DNA from: Acidimicrobiia bacterium
Lineage (GTDB): Bacteria > Actinomycetota > Acidimicrobiia > Spongiisociales > Spongiisociaceae
Reading direction: 5' to 3'
Assembly (NCBI GenBank): GCA_041576165.1
Contig: JBFGLM010000016.1
Location: 1 to 64,000, forward strand
DNA: 64,000 nucleotides
In this document: piece by piece, positions 50,946-60,108 of the stretch
Numbering within the stretch: position 1 is the first letter of the stretch
Layout of the letters: each line of letters opens with the position of its first letter
Position numbers and translations under genes: made by a program
Notes under the pieces: model-generated
Seen by the model: only the letters and a program-made list of their open reading frames with translations
Databases searched by the model: none
What the model was told of the DNA's origin: nothing

Positions 50946-51110
50946 CCTTCATCCCCACCGAGGATACGACGCCCCGCTCGCATCGCCGGGTTCCCTCCTC
51001 CGCCATTCATGTACCGGAGCCACCACGTCCAACATGAACCGAGACCGCAAACCCCTATGCGATGTCGACGGCGATTTCGAGTTTCGTACACCGCAGTCAA
51101 CCTGAGACGC

Positions 51111-51140
51111 CAGAAACCCCCGCCTGAGCAGGGGTTCTCC
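51111..51140 (-). terminator. Hairpin downstream of tRNA-Ala
   Basis: GAACCCCTGC-TCAG-GCGGGGTTTC stem-loop immediately 3' of the tRNA. Confidence 0.5.
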
Positions 51141-51146
51141 GTTACG

Positions 51147-51219
<73 letters not shown>

Positions 51220-51308
51220 GGGATCGCTGGCGGTGCAGCCTCGAGCCGACCGGAGCGAGACGACATCGTACCAGTAAACCGCAACGTTTCCAGATCGATT
51301 GAACGCAA

Positions 51309-51686
51309 TCAGGCGCTGTCGGACACCGGGGCCGGCGCCCATTCGATCTTGGGCGCATCGCCCCACAGCCGCTCCAGCGAGTAGAACTCGCGCATCTCCG
51401 GCTGGAACAGGTGGACGACCAGATCTCCGTAGTCGAGGAGGACCCACTCCCCTTCTCCCCGACCTTCCACGCGGAGAGGGCGGCGGTCGACGTCCCGCAA
51501 CTTCTCTTCGACCGCTTCGGCCAGCGTCTGGACCTGGCGGCGCGACATCCCGGTCGCGACAAGAAAAACATCGACGATGCGAAGGGTGTCTGAGACGTCG
51601 AGGATGATGAGATCCGTCCCCTTCTTGTCGTCGATGGCGTCGGCGGCCATGAGGGCCAGGTCGGCAGCGACATCTTGTTCAGTAAT
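51309..51686 (-). CDS. rsfS: Ribosome silencing factor (probable ATT start)
   Basis: DKKG, WVLLDYGDLVVHLF, REFYSLERLW; GGAGG 8 nt before an in-frame ATT at 51686. Confidence 0.93.
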   Translation of the reverse strand: MTEQDVAADLALMAADAIDDKKGTDLIILDVSDTLRIVDVFLVATGMSRRQVQTLAEAVEEKLRDVDRRPLRVEGRGEGEWVLLDYGDLVVHLFQPEMREFYSLERLWGDAPKIEWAPAPVSDSA

Positions 51687-51690
51687 GCGT

Positions 51691-52950
51691 TCAACCTCCG
51701 ATCGGGGCTAGGTCTTGACCCACGATGATAGTGAGATCTACGACGCCACTGGGCTGGCGCACCTCCACCGCAACCTGACCGATACCGATGATGTCCTGCA
51801 CCGCGATGGCCGACTCCTGGTTCTCTCGGCCATGTGCGATCACTCGTGTCTCGTCGTAATCGAGTCGATCGGCGTTGTCGGTGAGGATGATCCGGTAGCC
51901 GCGCCGGATCAGGTTTGCGGCTATCGGCCGGACCGATCCGATGACTCCGTTGCCGTTCAACACCTCAACCCGCACCCGGGGCTCTTCGGCCAGCTGCAGG
52001 TAGGGAAGGCTCTCCGCGACAAAGGACGCCGCCACCTCGCCGCTCAGCTGGTACCGCTCTTCTCCGCCGGTCGGCTCGATACGGGTGGCAGGCACCGCGG
52101 TGACCACAGCATCGACCGCAGCGGCGGTCAAGGCCGCTCGAGCGGCATCCAGGTCACCCCCGGCGTATTGGAGCAACCGTTCGATCATTGGCGGGTCGGC
52201 CGCCTCCAGCACTGCCCGCCATACGGCACCCTGGCGTTCGAGCCACGTCAATTCGTCGTCCGTACCTCTATCGGTGAGCAGTCGTGCGATCTGGTCTGCG
52301 CTGCGGAGTGACTCTCCCGGCGCGATGACGACCACCTGCGCATCGCCGTCTTGGCGGAATAGCGGGTCGGCGATCGCGATCATGAGCTCTTCGGCCACGG
52401 CCCCGGTCACAGCATCGACGTCGAGAGCGATTGCCGCGTCAATCCTCACTCCGAGCAGGTTGGCGACCGTGTTTTCGAGTAGGCCGATACCGTCGAACCG
52501 GGTGGCGTTGGCGAGAGTGTTCTCCCCGAATCCGGGAAGCGTTGACAGGATCGAAGGTTGCAGGAGAACCAACCGGGGAGCCGCCTGCTCGGCTGCGGCC
52601 AGCAGCCCGATCGATGTGGCCTGGCCATCCGGCCCTGTCACGGCAATCAGAAGCGAGGCGCCGTCGGCAGGGACCGGCTCGGGACCGGGAGCATCAGCGG
52701 AATCTTCTTCCCGGCCGGTCAGCAGAGAGGTGATCGCAACCGTCAACCATACGATCGCCACCGCGATGAGAAGCGCACCCACAACCTTCCCGCGGACCCG
52801 ACGGGCGTGGCGGCGTCTGTCGCGCCGGGTGATATCTGCGCGCGGCTCCGGGCTGGCCGCAACCGTCCCAGATGAACGACGGCGGCCGGTTGTGGGCGCT
52901 ACGCGGACGCCGCGCTTGCGTCGCCGGCGACGGTGCTGCGGCTCACTCAT
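51691..52950 (-). CDS. LCP/LytR C-terminal domain membrane protein
   Basis: Basic N-terminus plus one TM; VRVEVLNGNG...DLTIIVGQD (LytR_C). Confidence 0.8.
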   Translation of the reverse strand: MSEPQHRRRRRKRGVRVAPTTGRRRSSGTVAASPEPRADITRRDRRRHARRVRGKVVGALLIAVAIVWLTVAITSLLTGREEDSADAPGPEPVPADGASLLIAVTGPDGQATSIGLLAAAEQAAPRLVLLQPSILSTLPGFGENTLANATRFDGIGLLENTVANLLGVRIDAAIALDVDAVTGAVAEELMIAIADPLFRQDGDAQVVVIAPGESLRSADQIARLLTDRGTDDELTWLERQGAVWRAVLEAADPPMIERLLQYAGGDLDAARAALTAAAVDAVVTAVPATRIEPTGGEERYQLSGEVAASFVAESLPYLQLAEEPRVRVEVLNGNGVIGSVRPIAANLIRRGYRIILTDNADRLDYDETRVIAHGRENQESAIAVQDIIGIGQVAVEVRQPSGVVDLTIIVGQDLAPIGG

Positions 52951-53512
52951 ACAAACGGTGCTCCGTGATGTATCGCCACACCGGGTCCCGCACCAAGAAC
53001 CGGACGCTCAGGCCCGCAGCGGCACGCGCTCTGAGCATCGTCCCACTGATCCCGATCTCCGGAGTGTCCAGCCACGTGACCGAGTCCGGTACAGCAGATT
53101 CCACCATCTCCTGGCTGGTTCCGGGGCGGCGTATCACCGCAAGGCGGACGCGTTTGAGCACATCGTCCACCCGGTGCCACGTGGGTATCCGGGTGGCGGC
53201 GTCTGCCCCGAGAATGAGCGTCAGCTCCTCCGCCTCGTCAAACGACTGGAGCGTGTCCGCTGTGAAGGTCCATCCGTCGCGGTCAACCTCACGCGAATCC
53301 GCCTCGAAGTACTCAACCCCATCGACGGACGCTCTGGTCATCTCCCAGCGATGCGCAGGCGCTGAAACCTGCCGGTCGGCCTTCTGCCAGGGCGCTCCCG
53401 CCGGAAGCAGCGTGATCACATCTAGTCCGAGCTGCCGGTAGGCCGCCTCGCCTGCCATCAGATGAGCTAGATGCGGCGGGTCGAACGTCCCGCCCAGGAT
53501 GCCGCGTTGCAC
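52943..53512 (-). CDS. nadD: Nicotinate-nucleotide adenylyltransferase
   Basis: GGTFDPPHLAH, LGAD, ISGT; leaderless TATGCT-7nt-GTG. Confidence 0.94.
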   Translation of the reverse strand: MQRGILGGTFDPPHLAHLMAGEAAYRQLGLDVITLLPAGAPWQKADRQVSAPAHRWEMTRASVDGVEYFEADSREVDRDGWTFTADTLQSFDEAEELTLILGADAATRIPTWHRVDDVLKRVRLAVIRRPGTSQEMVESAVPDSVTWLDTPEIGISGTMLRARAAAGLSVRFLVRDPVWRYITEHRLYE

Positions 53513-54041
53513 GGCGGGGAGCATAGGCGGCAGCGCTCGGTGGCGGGACGAGGTAGACCCCACCAGCCGGTCCCCGTGCCTTGCAGCCCAGGTACTGCAT
53601 CGGATCCACGTATGTCCCGTCGACCCTCACCGAGAAGTGCAGGCCGTCCGAGTCATGCGCTCGCCCGGTGGAGCCCAATCCGGCACCCCGAGTCACCGAG
53701 GCGCCGCGTCGGACTGTGAGTTCGGATAGATACGAATACGACGTCTTCAACCCCCCGCCGTGGTCCAGGGTGACGGTGAGGTTGTGGGCAACGCTCCCGG
53801 CAAAGGTCACGGTGCCTTCTGCCGAGGCCCGGACCCGGGTCCCGGGCGGGGCTGCCATATCGATTCCCCAGTGCCCGGCGTAGCGGCCGACCGGGGCATA
53901 CGGCTCGATGACTCGCCCCGGCACAGGCCGGTCGAGCCCGACACAGCTGGTGCCGGTTCCGCCGGGATCCGTGACAGGCGCGGACAAGCCGAGAATGGTG
54001 GCAGACAACGCCGCTGAGAGCGTCACGAGTGGGCGCAGCAT
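53313..54041 (-). CDS. M23-family metallopeptidase
   Basis: Signal peptide; GHWGID, LHFSVR...YVDP; low-complexity tail overlaps nadD. Confidence 0.8.
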   Translation of the reverse strand: MLRPLVTLSAALSATILGLSAPVTDPGGTGTSCVGLDRPVPGRVIEPYAPVGRYAGHWGIDMAAPPGTRVRASAEGTVTFAGSVAHNLTVTLDHGGGLKTSYSYLSELTVRRGASVTRGAGLGSTGRAHDSDGLHFSVRVDGTYVDPMQYLGCKARGPAGGVYLVPPPSAAAYAPRRATRHPGRDVRPAASSSSDGRRGGLPAARTRCDHAASGGSALAEGRPAGFSACASLGDDQSVRRWG

Positions 54042-54126
54042 GGAACCTCCGGCCCTCCCGCCATACCCAACCTAGCGGGATTGGTGAGGTGCCGGAAGAG
54101 GTTCGGAGCGCCGCCTACCGGCCGGA

Positions 54127-54528
54127 TCAACCGGCGACGTTGGGCACGGACCGCAGCCCGCGAGCGGCCAGCAGGCTCAGAACCTCCTGGCGAAAGACGT
54201 TGGGCTGGAAGGGCTTGGTGACGAATGAGTCGGCCCCGCCTTCGTCGGCCCGGCGCCGTGACTCCTCTTCGGCGTGCGCCGTCAACACGAGGACTGGGAG
54301 CTTCTTGGTCTGCTCGTTCGAGCGCAGTCGGTCGAGTACCTCCCAACCATCCATCTCGGGCAGTCCGATGTCGAGCACGAGCAGGTCGGGGGACTCTTTG
54401 AGCGCCGCTTCGAGGCCCGAGGGCCCGTCTTCACGCATGAGGATGTCGAGGTTGGCGGGACGTAGACACACCTCGATCAGGCGGCGAATGACCGCCGAAT
54501 CTTCAACCACGAGTACCCGGTTGCCCAC
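54127..54528 (-). CDS. Single-domain response regulator (CheY-like receiver)
   Basis: VLVVEDS, LVLDIGLPEMDGWEV, LTA, KPF; GGAGG SD. Confidence 0.92.
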   Translation of the reverse strand: MGNRVLVVEDSAVIRRLIEVCLRPANLDILMREDGPSGLEAALKESPDLLVLDIGLPEMDGWEVLDRLRSNEQTKKLPVLVLTAHAEEESRRRADEGGADSFVTKPFQPNVFRQEVLSLLAARGLRSVPNVAG

Positions 54529-54587
54529 GTGAATCCTCCGGTGCCTTCTGAGCGTCCAGTCACGATCGACCGCGTGACGTAGATCAA

Positions 54588-54615
54588 CTATCGGCATCGC
54601 AGCCACCACACTTTA
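54588..54615 (-). promoter_or_regulatory. sigma28/WhiG-type promoter TAAA-N16-GCCGATAG
   Basis: Minus strand TAAAgtgtggtggctgcgatGCCGATAG, 60 nt upstream of the receiver gene. Confidence 0.65.
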
Positions 54616-54742
54616 TGCGCCATACAACCACTACGCGCCGGGCGAACCGCAACCAGCCCGCAACGCCCTTGGCCGCTTGGAGGTGGCCGTGGCCCGGGAA
54701 CCCAGCTGACGTCCTGGCCGGCAGGCGGGTGCACAAGGCGGG

Positions 54743-56206
54743 CTAGTCCACTGCGGTCCGATGACGGGGGGCGGGTCTGAACGTCGGGATCACCATGTCC
54801 TCGATGAACTGCTCGAGCTGCCGCAGATTCCGCACCTCGTAGACATTGGTGCAGTAATCGGCGTAGCTGCGCATCACCGAGTCGCCGGTGTTCCAGTAAC
54901 CGGTCGGCTCCGGATTGAGCCAGTACACCGCCCGCACCTCAGCGGCGATCTTTCCCAACAGCTCTGCTTTGGGCGGCCGGTAGTTATTGCGGGCGTCCCC
55001 GGTGATGATCACAGCCGACCGGGGCGTCAACTGGTCGCCATAACGGTCCCAGAACATCTCGAGTGAATTGCCGTAGTCGCTGTGGCCGTCGAGCCACACC
55101 ACCTTGGCTTCCGCAGTCACCCGCGCCAACGCTTCTTCGAAGTCGCGTGCCTCGTCGAAATAGCGAGTCGTTTCGTCCAGCGCATCGACGAAGACAAAGG
55201 ACCGCAACTTCGAGAACTGTGACGACATGGCATAGACGAACTGCAGCGTGAAGCGGGCAAATGTCGCCATCGAGCCGCTGATGTCGCACAAGAGGAAGAC
55301 CTCTGGTCGGGACGGTCGCGGGGATCGGAACTGGGGGTTCATCGGTACGCCGCCCGTCGAAAGCGACCTGCGCACCGTCTTGCGGAAGTCGAGACGCCCA
55401 TGCCGGAACCTCTTGCGGCGCTGAGCCAGACGAGCAGCCAGCTTGCGGGTGAGGGGATGGACGGCCTGCTCGATCTGCCGCAGCTCGACACGGGTCGCGT
55501 GCATCAGATCCAGATCTTCGATCAGCGGCTTGCGCAGCGTCTTGGCCACCGCCTCTCGCCCGCGATCGGCCACCAATCGCCGGCGGATCTCGGCTCGCAC
55601 CTCCTCGCGGAACTGTTCGAGCCGGGCCTCGTACTCTTCTTGCGCCAGCCGGGAGTCGAACTCGCTGAGATCTTCGGGCGTGCCCTCCATGAGGCGCTGC
55701 ACGAGATCGTCGGCAGACAGCTGACGGAGCGTGCGATACAGGTAATAGGTGCCGCCCACCGGCCGGCCCCGCTCCATGCCCGCTAGTTGATCTACCGCCC
55801 GGCGGGCGATGCTCCGCATCAGCTCACGGTCATTGCCCACCAGGGCCATCATCAATGCCTGCAACAGCTCGTCCAGGTCGGATTCGCCCCCGCCCCGGCC
55901 GCCTCCGCTGCCGGGATGGCCCCGTCCGCCGTCGCCGGATTCGGCTCCCCCGGCGCCTGCGACCTGCTCTTCGGCAGGCGGGAATGACCGATCGAGCGCA
56001 AAGAAGACTTCGAACGCCGTCTCGAACGCCTCGTAATGGCGCGCATTCTTCACCAGCGTTGCGCCGAGCGCCGCTTTGAAGGCCTGGCGGTCCGACAGGT
56101 CTGTGTGACCGAGAGCCTCGAGAGCATCGATCGCTTCCACCATCGAGACCGGAATACCGACCTCCCGAAGCTCCTGAATGAAGCCGGCCAGGACGTCGAG
56201 CAACAT
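54743..56206 (-). CDS. CoxE-like VWA domain protein
   Basis: LCDISGSM MIDAS, SDYG, GDARNN, WLNPE. Confidence 0.9.
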   Translation of the reverse strand: MLLDVLAGFIQELREVGIPVSMVEAIDALEALGHTDLSDRQAFKAALGATLVKNARHYEAFETAFEVFFALDRSFPPAEEQVAGAGGAESGDGGRGHPGSGGGRGGGESDLDELLQALMMALVGNDRELMRSIARRAVDQLAGMERGRPVGGTYYLYRTLRQLSADDLVQRLMEGTPEDLSEFDSRLAQEEYEARLEQFREEVRAEIRRRLVADRGREAVAKTLRKPLIEDLDLMHATRVELRQIEQAVHPLTRKLAARLAQRRKRFRHGRLDFRKTVRRSLSTGGVPMNPQFRSPRPSRPEVFLLCDISGSMATFARFTLQFVYAMSSQFSKLRSFVFVDALDETTRYFDEARDFEEALARVTAEAKVVWLDGHSDYGNSLEMFWDRYGDQLTPRSAVIITGDARNNYRPPKAELLGKIAAEVRAVYWLNPEPTGYWNTGDSVMRSYADYCTNVYEVRNLRQLEQFIEDMVIPTFRPAPRHRTAVD

Positions 56207-57096
56207 CAGAGCTGCGGTTCGGGTTCCTCGGGCGCCGGCACCTCGAGGTCGGCGGCCACCTTGTCGATGTCGCCCTGGTGCTTCAGAAGCACATGCAGTG
56301 TGTCCGTCACGACCTCGGGATCGATTGCAGAAACGCCGAGCGACAGCAACGTGCGAGCCCAGTCGATCGACTCAGATACGGACGGCGCCTTCTTCAACGT
56401 GAACTGGCGGATGCTGCGCACCACGCGGGCAATCTGCTCACCGAAATCCTCGGTGAGTCCCGGCACACGGGCCAGCAAGATCTCCTTCTCCCGGTCGACG
56501 TCCGGATAGGTGATGTGGAGGAACAGGCAGCGGCGCTTGAGGGCTTCGGACAGCTCTCTGGTGTTGTTCGACGTCAGCAACACCAGCGGCTGGCTGTTGG
56601 CCCGCACCGTACCCAGCTCAGGGATGGAGATCTGAAAATCGGACAGCACCTCGAGCAGCAACGCTTCCGTCTCGACTTCAACCCGATCCACTTCGTCGAT
56701 GAGGAGCACGATTGGAGCCTCCGACCGGATGGCTTCGAGTAGCGGTCGGGTGAGCAGGAAGTCTTCGGTGAAGATATCGTCCTCCAATTCCTGCCACGAA
56801 GACCCCCGATCGGCCTGAATCCGCAGAAGCTGCTTCTTGTAGTTCCACTCATAGATCGCTTTGGCTTCGTCGAGGCCCTCGTAGCACTGGAGGCGCACGA
56901 GCCGGCGACCATGGATGGCCGCCAGTGCCTTCGCCAGTTCGGTCTTACCCACACCGGCCGGGCCTTCCACGAGCACAGGCTTGCCCAGCTGCTCGGCGAG
57001 ATACACGACCTGGCTGATGCGTTCATCGGCGAGATAGTCGACAGATTTCAGGGCGTCCCGCACCTCGGCCGGAGAGGCGAAGGGCTCGGCGGTCAT
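56206..57096 (-). CDS. MoxR/CoxD-like AAA+ ATPase
   Basis: EGPAGVGKT, LQCYEGLD, LLIDEVD, TSNNTRELSEALKRRC. Confidence 0.93.
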   Translation of the reverse strand: MTAEPFASPAEVRDALKSVDYLADERISQVVYLAEQLGKPVLVEGPAGVGKTELAKALAAIHGRRLVRLQCYEGLDEAKAIYEWNYKKQLLRIQADRGSSWQELEDDIFTEDFLLTRPLLEAIRSEAPIVLLIDEVDRVEVETEALLLEVLSDFQISIPELGTVRANSQPLVLLTSNNTRELSEALKRRCLFLHITYPDVDREKEILLARVPGLTEDFGEQIARVVRSIRQFTLKKAPSVSESIDWARTLLSLGVSAIDPEVVTDTLHVLLKHQGDIDKVAADLEVPAPEEPEPQL

Positions 57097-57243
57097 GCCG
57101 CACCTGCCCGGTGGGCAGACGCGCAGTGGCCATCTGACAGAACGTGCATCTGGTGGAGTGTACCCGTCCTCGGGCTGCGCCAACTGTGGACGGTTCCGCA
57201 GACGGATTACGCTATCCGGCACTGAATTCCGAGACGGACAGAC

Positions 57244-58578
57244 ATGCGAATCATCATTGTCGGCGCCGGTGCCGTCGGTTCCTACCTCGCCAGCCGGCTC
57301 TCCACCGAAGGCCAGGACGTCGTAGTCATCGAAGCTGACCCGAAGCGGGCTGCCGAGCTTCAGGATTCGTTAGACGCGCTGGTCATCACCGGTAATGGCG
57401 CCTCCCAGAGCGTGCTGAAGGAGGCGCAGGTCGATCGTGCCGACCTGCTGATCGCAGTGTCCAGCAGTGATGGCGCCAACATCCTGGCCTCGCATGCAGC
57501 CAGCATCATCGGGGTCAAGCGCACGGTAGCCAGGGTGGAGGATCCAGGCCTGCGCCAGGGCCTCACCGACCTCGAGGTCGACGCCGTGATCGACCCCGGC
57601 GAATCGGCCGCTCAGGAGATTCAAACTCTCCTGGGCGAAAGCGGCGTCTCTGAGCTGGTCGAATTCGCCCGCGGCCAGCTGGTACTCGTGGGCGGGATCG
57701 TGCAGGCCGCTTCTCCACTGGTTTCGGCGGCGTCCCTGGCCGAGCTGCGCAAGTCGCTCAACGGAGTCGATTGGGTGGTCACGGCGGTGGTCCGGGGTGG
57801 TCGCACCATTGTGGCCCACGGCGAAACGGAAATCCGCGAAGGCGACCACGTGCTGGTGATGGTCCGGGAGGAGGATCTGGACCATGCCAAGGATCTCATC
57901 GGTCTCCGAACTCGCAAGATCCGCCGGGCAATCATCCTCGGAACGACTCGGGTCGCAGAACTGACCGCAGACCTGTTGGAGAGCCAGGGTTTGCAGGTCA
58001 TCATCATCGATCCCGACCCCGATCGGTGCCGGATCGCGGCTGAACGTCACAGCGACGCTCTCGTGGTGGTGGGCGATCCCACGGACCCCTTCGTGCTCGA
58101 CGAACTCGAAATCGGCGAAGACGACGCGGTGGTCGCCCTCACCGGTAGCGACGAGGTCAACATCCTGGCGTGCCTCGTGGCCAAGGCGATGGGGGCGGCT
58201 ACCACCATCTCGCGGGTGTACCGGCTCACCTACGTCGGACTTCTCGCCGGGTTCGGCATCGACGCCACTGTTTCGGTTCGCCTCGCTGCAGCCAACTCCA
58301 TACTGCGGTTTGTGCGCCGCGGCCGGATTCATTCGGTGGTCACCTTCCAGGACACCGACGCCGAGGCGATCGAGATCGAAGTCGAGGCCAGCAGCCCGGC
58401 GGTTGGGAAGACCCTGTTGGACCTTCCCCTGCCGCTGGGCGCCGTCATTGGCGGGATACTGCGGGAAGGTGACGTCTTCGTGCCGCGCGGTTCTACCGAG
58501 ATCCGACCCCGCGATCACCTGATCATCTTCGCTCTCCCGGCGGCAATGTCCAGCGTCGAGTCGTTGTTCTCCCGGTGA
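57244..58578 (+). CDS. trkA: Trk potassium transporter, NAD-binding subunit
   Basis: IVGAGAVG; two RCK_N/RCK_C repeats. Confidence 0.94.
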   Translation: MRIIIVGAGAVGSYLASRLSTEGQDVVVIEADPKRAAELQDSLDALVITGNGASQSVLKEAQVDRADLLIAVSSSDGANILASHAASIIGVKRTVARVEDPGLRQGLTDLEVDAVIDPGESAAQEIQTLLGESGVSELVEFARGQLVLVGGIVQAASPLVSAASLAELRKSLNGVDWVVTAVVRGGRTIVAHGETEIREGDHVLVMVREEDLDHAKDLIGLRTRKIRRAIILGTTRVAELTADLLESQGLQVIIIDPDPDRCRIAAERHSDALVVVGDPTDPFVLDELEIGEDDAVVALTGSDEVNILACLVAKAMGAATTISRVYRLTYVGLLAGFGIDATVSVRLAAANSILRFVRRGRIHSVVTFQDTDAEAIEIEVEASSPAVGKTLLDLPLPLGAVIGGILREGDVFVPRGSTEIRPRDHLIIFALPAAMSSVESLFSR

Positions 58579-60086
58579 GCGCTCGCATTCGCCCTTTCCG
58601 TCCCGGCCGACGTCCCGAAACGAGGCGCCAGCCCATGTTCCGCCTGCTGTCCTACGTAATCGGGGCAGTAGTCGTGGCGGTCGGCATTGGGATGGTGCCG
58701 GCCGCGTTGGTGTCGGCGATGTACGCCGAGTGGGCCGTAGCGCTCCAGATCTTGCTCGCGGCCGCCCTGACCGTGGCGGCCGGGCTCATCGGATGGAGGC
58801 TGGTGGGTCGCACCGGACCCGTCACTACCAAAGAGGGCTTCGCCACCGTGGGCCTGGCGTGGTTCTTCCTCGCATTTTTTGGAACGCTCCCGTACCTGTT
58901 CAGCGGCGCCATCCCCAATCTGACGGACGCTTTTTTCGAGACGGCATCCGGTTTTACGACGACCGGAGCATCAGTAGTTCCCGACCCCGGGGATCTGCCT
59001 CGTGGCATTCTGTTCTGGCGCTCACTCACCCAATGGTTGGGTGGCATGGGCATCATCATTCTGTCGCTGGCGATACTCCCGCTCCTCGGCGTGGGAGGCG
59101 TCCAGCTGGCGCGGGCCGAGTCGCCCGGTCCCGAACCGGACCGGCTGACGCCGCGCTTTCGGGAAACCGCCAAACGTCTCTGGTACGTCTACGCCGGGAT
59201 CACGTTCATCGAGGTGCTGTTCCTATGGGCCGGAGATATGGACTTGTTCCAGGCCGTCAACCACGCGCTCACCACCATGTCGACCGGCGGATTCGGCACC
59301 GAAGCCGACTCCATTGCAGGGTTCTCCGCGTATACACAATGGGTGATCTGCGCATTCATGTTCATCGCGGGTGTCAGCTTCGCTTTGCACTTCCGGGCGC
59401 TACGGAAACCAGATGTTTACATCCATAACGCCGAGTTCCGGCTGTTCGGGGTGCTCATTCTGGTTGCGATAGTCATCATTGCCGGTGGTATCTGGGGAGA
59501 CCAGCAGTTCGGGACCACCATCCGCGATTCGACTTTCACCGCTCTCACTCTGCTCACAACGACGGGCTACACCACTGCGGACTTCGGCGCATGGATAGGC
59601 GGGCTGCAGATATTCGTCGTCGGCTTGATGTTCCTGGGCGGGATGGCAGGTTCGACGGCGGGTGGAATCAAGACGTTCCGCATCGGGGTGCTCACCCGGG
59701 CGGCATCGGCCGATCTGCGTCGCTTGATCCATCCGCGCGGGCTGTTCATCACCCGGTTCGGCCGCAATCCCGTGCCCGACCCGATCGTGGAATCGGTGCA
59801 GTCGTACTTCTTGTTCTTCATGTTCCTGTTCATGACCGGGACGTTTCTGATGGGGTTCATCTCCTCCACCTTGCCGAATGCCGAGCTGGACCTGGTGACC
59901 AACGTATCCGCTGTCGCCTCGGCCCTCGGCAACAACGGTCCCGGTCTGAGCGAGGTCGGTCCGACCAGCAACTACTTCGGGATCGCCTGGCCCTCCAAGT
60001 GGCTGCTGTCATTTCTGATGATCGCGGGCCGGTTGGAGATCTTCCCGGTTCTCTTGCTCTTCACTCGCGACCTGTGGCGACGCTGA
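58575..60086 (+). CDS. trkH: Trk potassium uptake membrane subunit
   Basis: FETASGFTTTG, QWLGGMG, STGGF, GSTAGGIK, GRLE. Confidence 0.95.
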   Translation: MSARIRPFRPGRRPETRRQPMFRLLSYVIGAVVVAVGIGMVPAALVSAMYAEWAVALQILLAAALTVAAGLIGWRLVGRTGPVTTKEGFATVGLAWFFLAFFGTLPYLFSGAIPNLTDAFFETASGFTTTGASVVPDPGDLPRGILFWRSLTQWLGGMGIIILSLAILPLLGVGGVQLARAESPGPEPDRLTPRFRETAKRLWYVYAGITFIEVLFLWAGDMDLFQAVNHALTTMSTGGFGTEADSIAGFSAYTQWVICAFMFIAGVSFALHFRALRKPDVYIHNAEFRLFGVLILVAIVIIAGGIWGDQQFGTTIRDSTFTALTLLTTTGYTTADFGAWIGGLQIFVVGLMFLGGMAGSTAGGIKTFRIGVLTRAASADLRRLIHPRGLFITRFGRNPVPDPIVESVQSYFLFFMFLFMTGTFLMGFISSTLPNAELDLVTNVSAVASALGNNGPGLSEVGPTSNYFGIAWPSKWLLSFLMIAGRLEIFPVLLLFTRDLWRR

Positions 60087-60108
60087 ACAGTCCCAGCTGA
60101 CGCCTCAC

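Noticed and set aside
51281-51292. TGGAAACGTTGC as a second LacI operator
   Set aside because: Only a half match, and better explained as the -35 region of the tRNA-Ala promoter (TACGAT -10).
53313-53512. 200-nt overlap of the M23 gene with nadD as a dual-coding region
   Set aside because: The overlapping tail is low-complexity Arg/Ala/Gly sequence, consistent with a lost stop codon.
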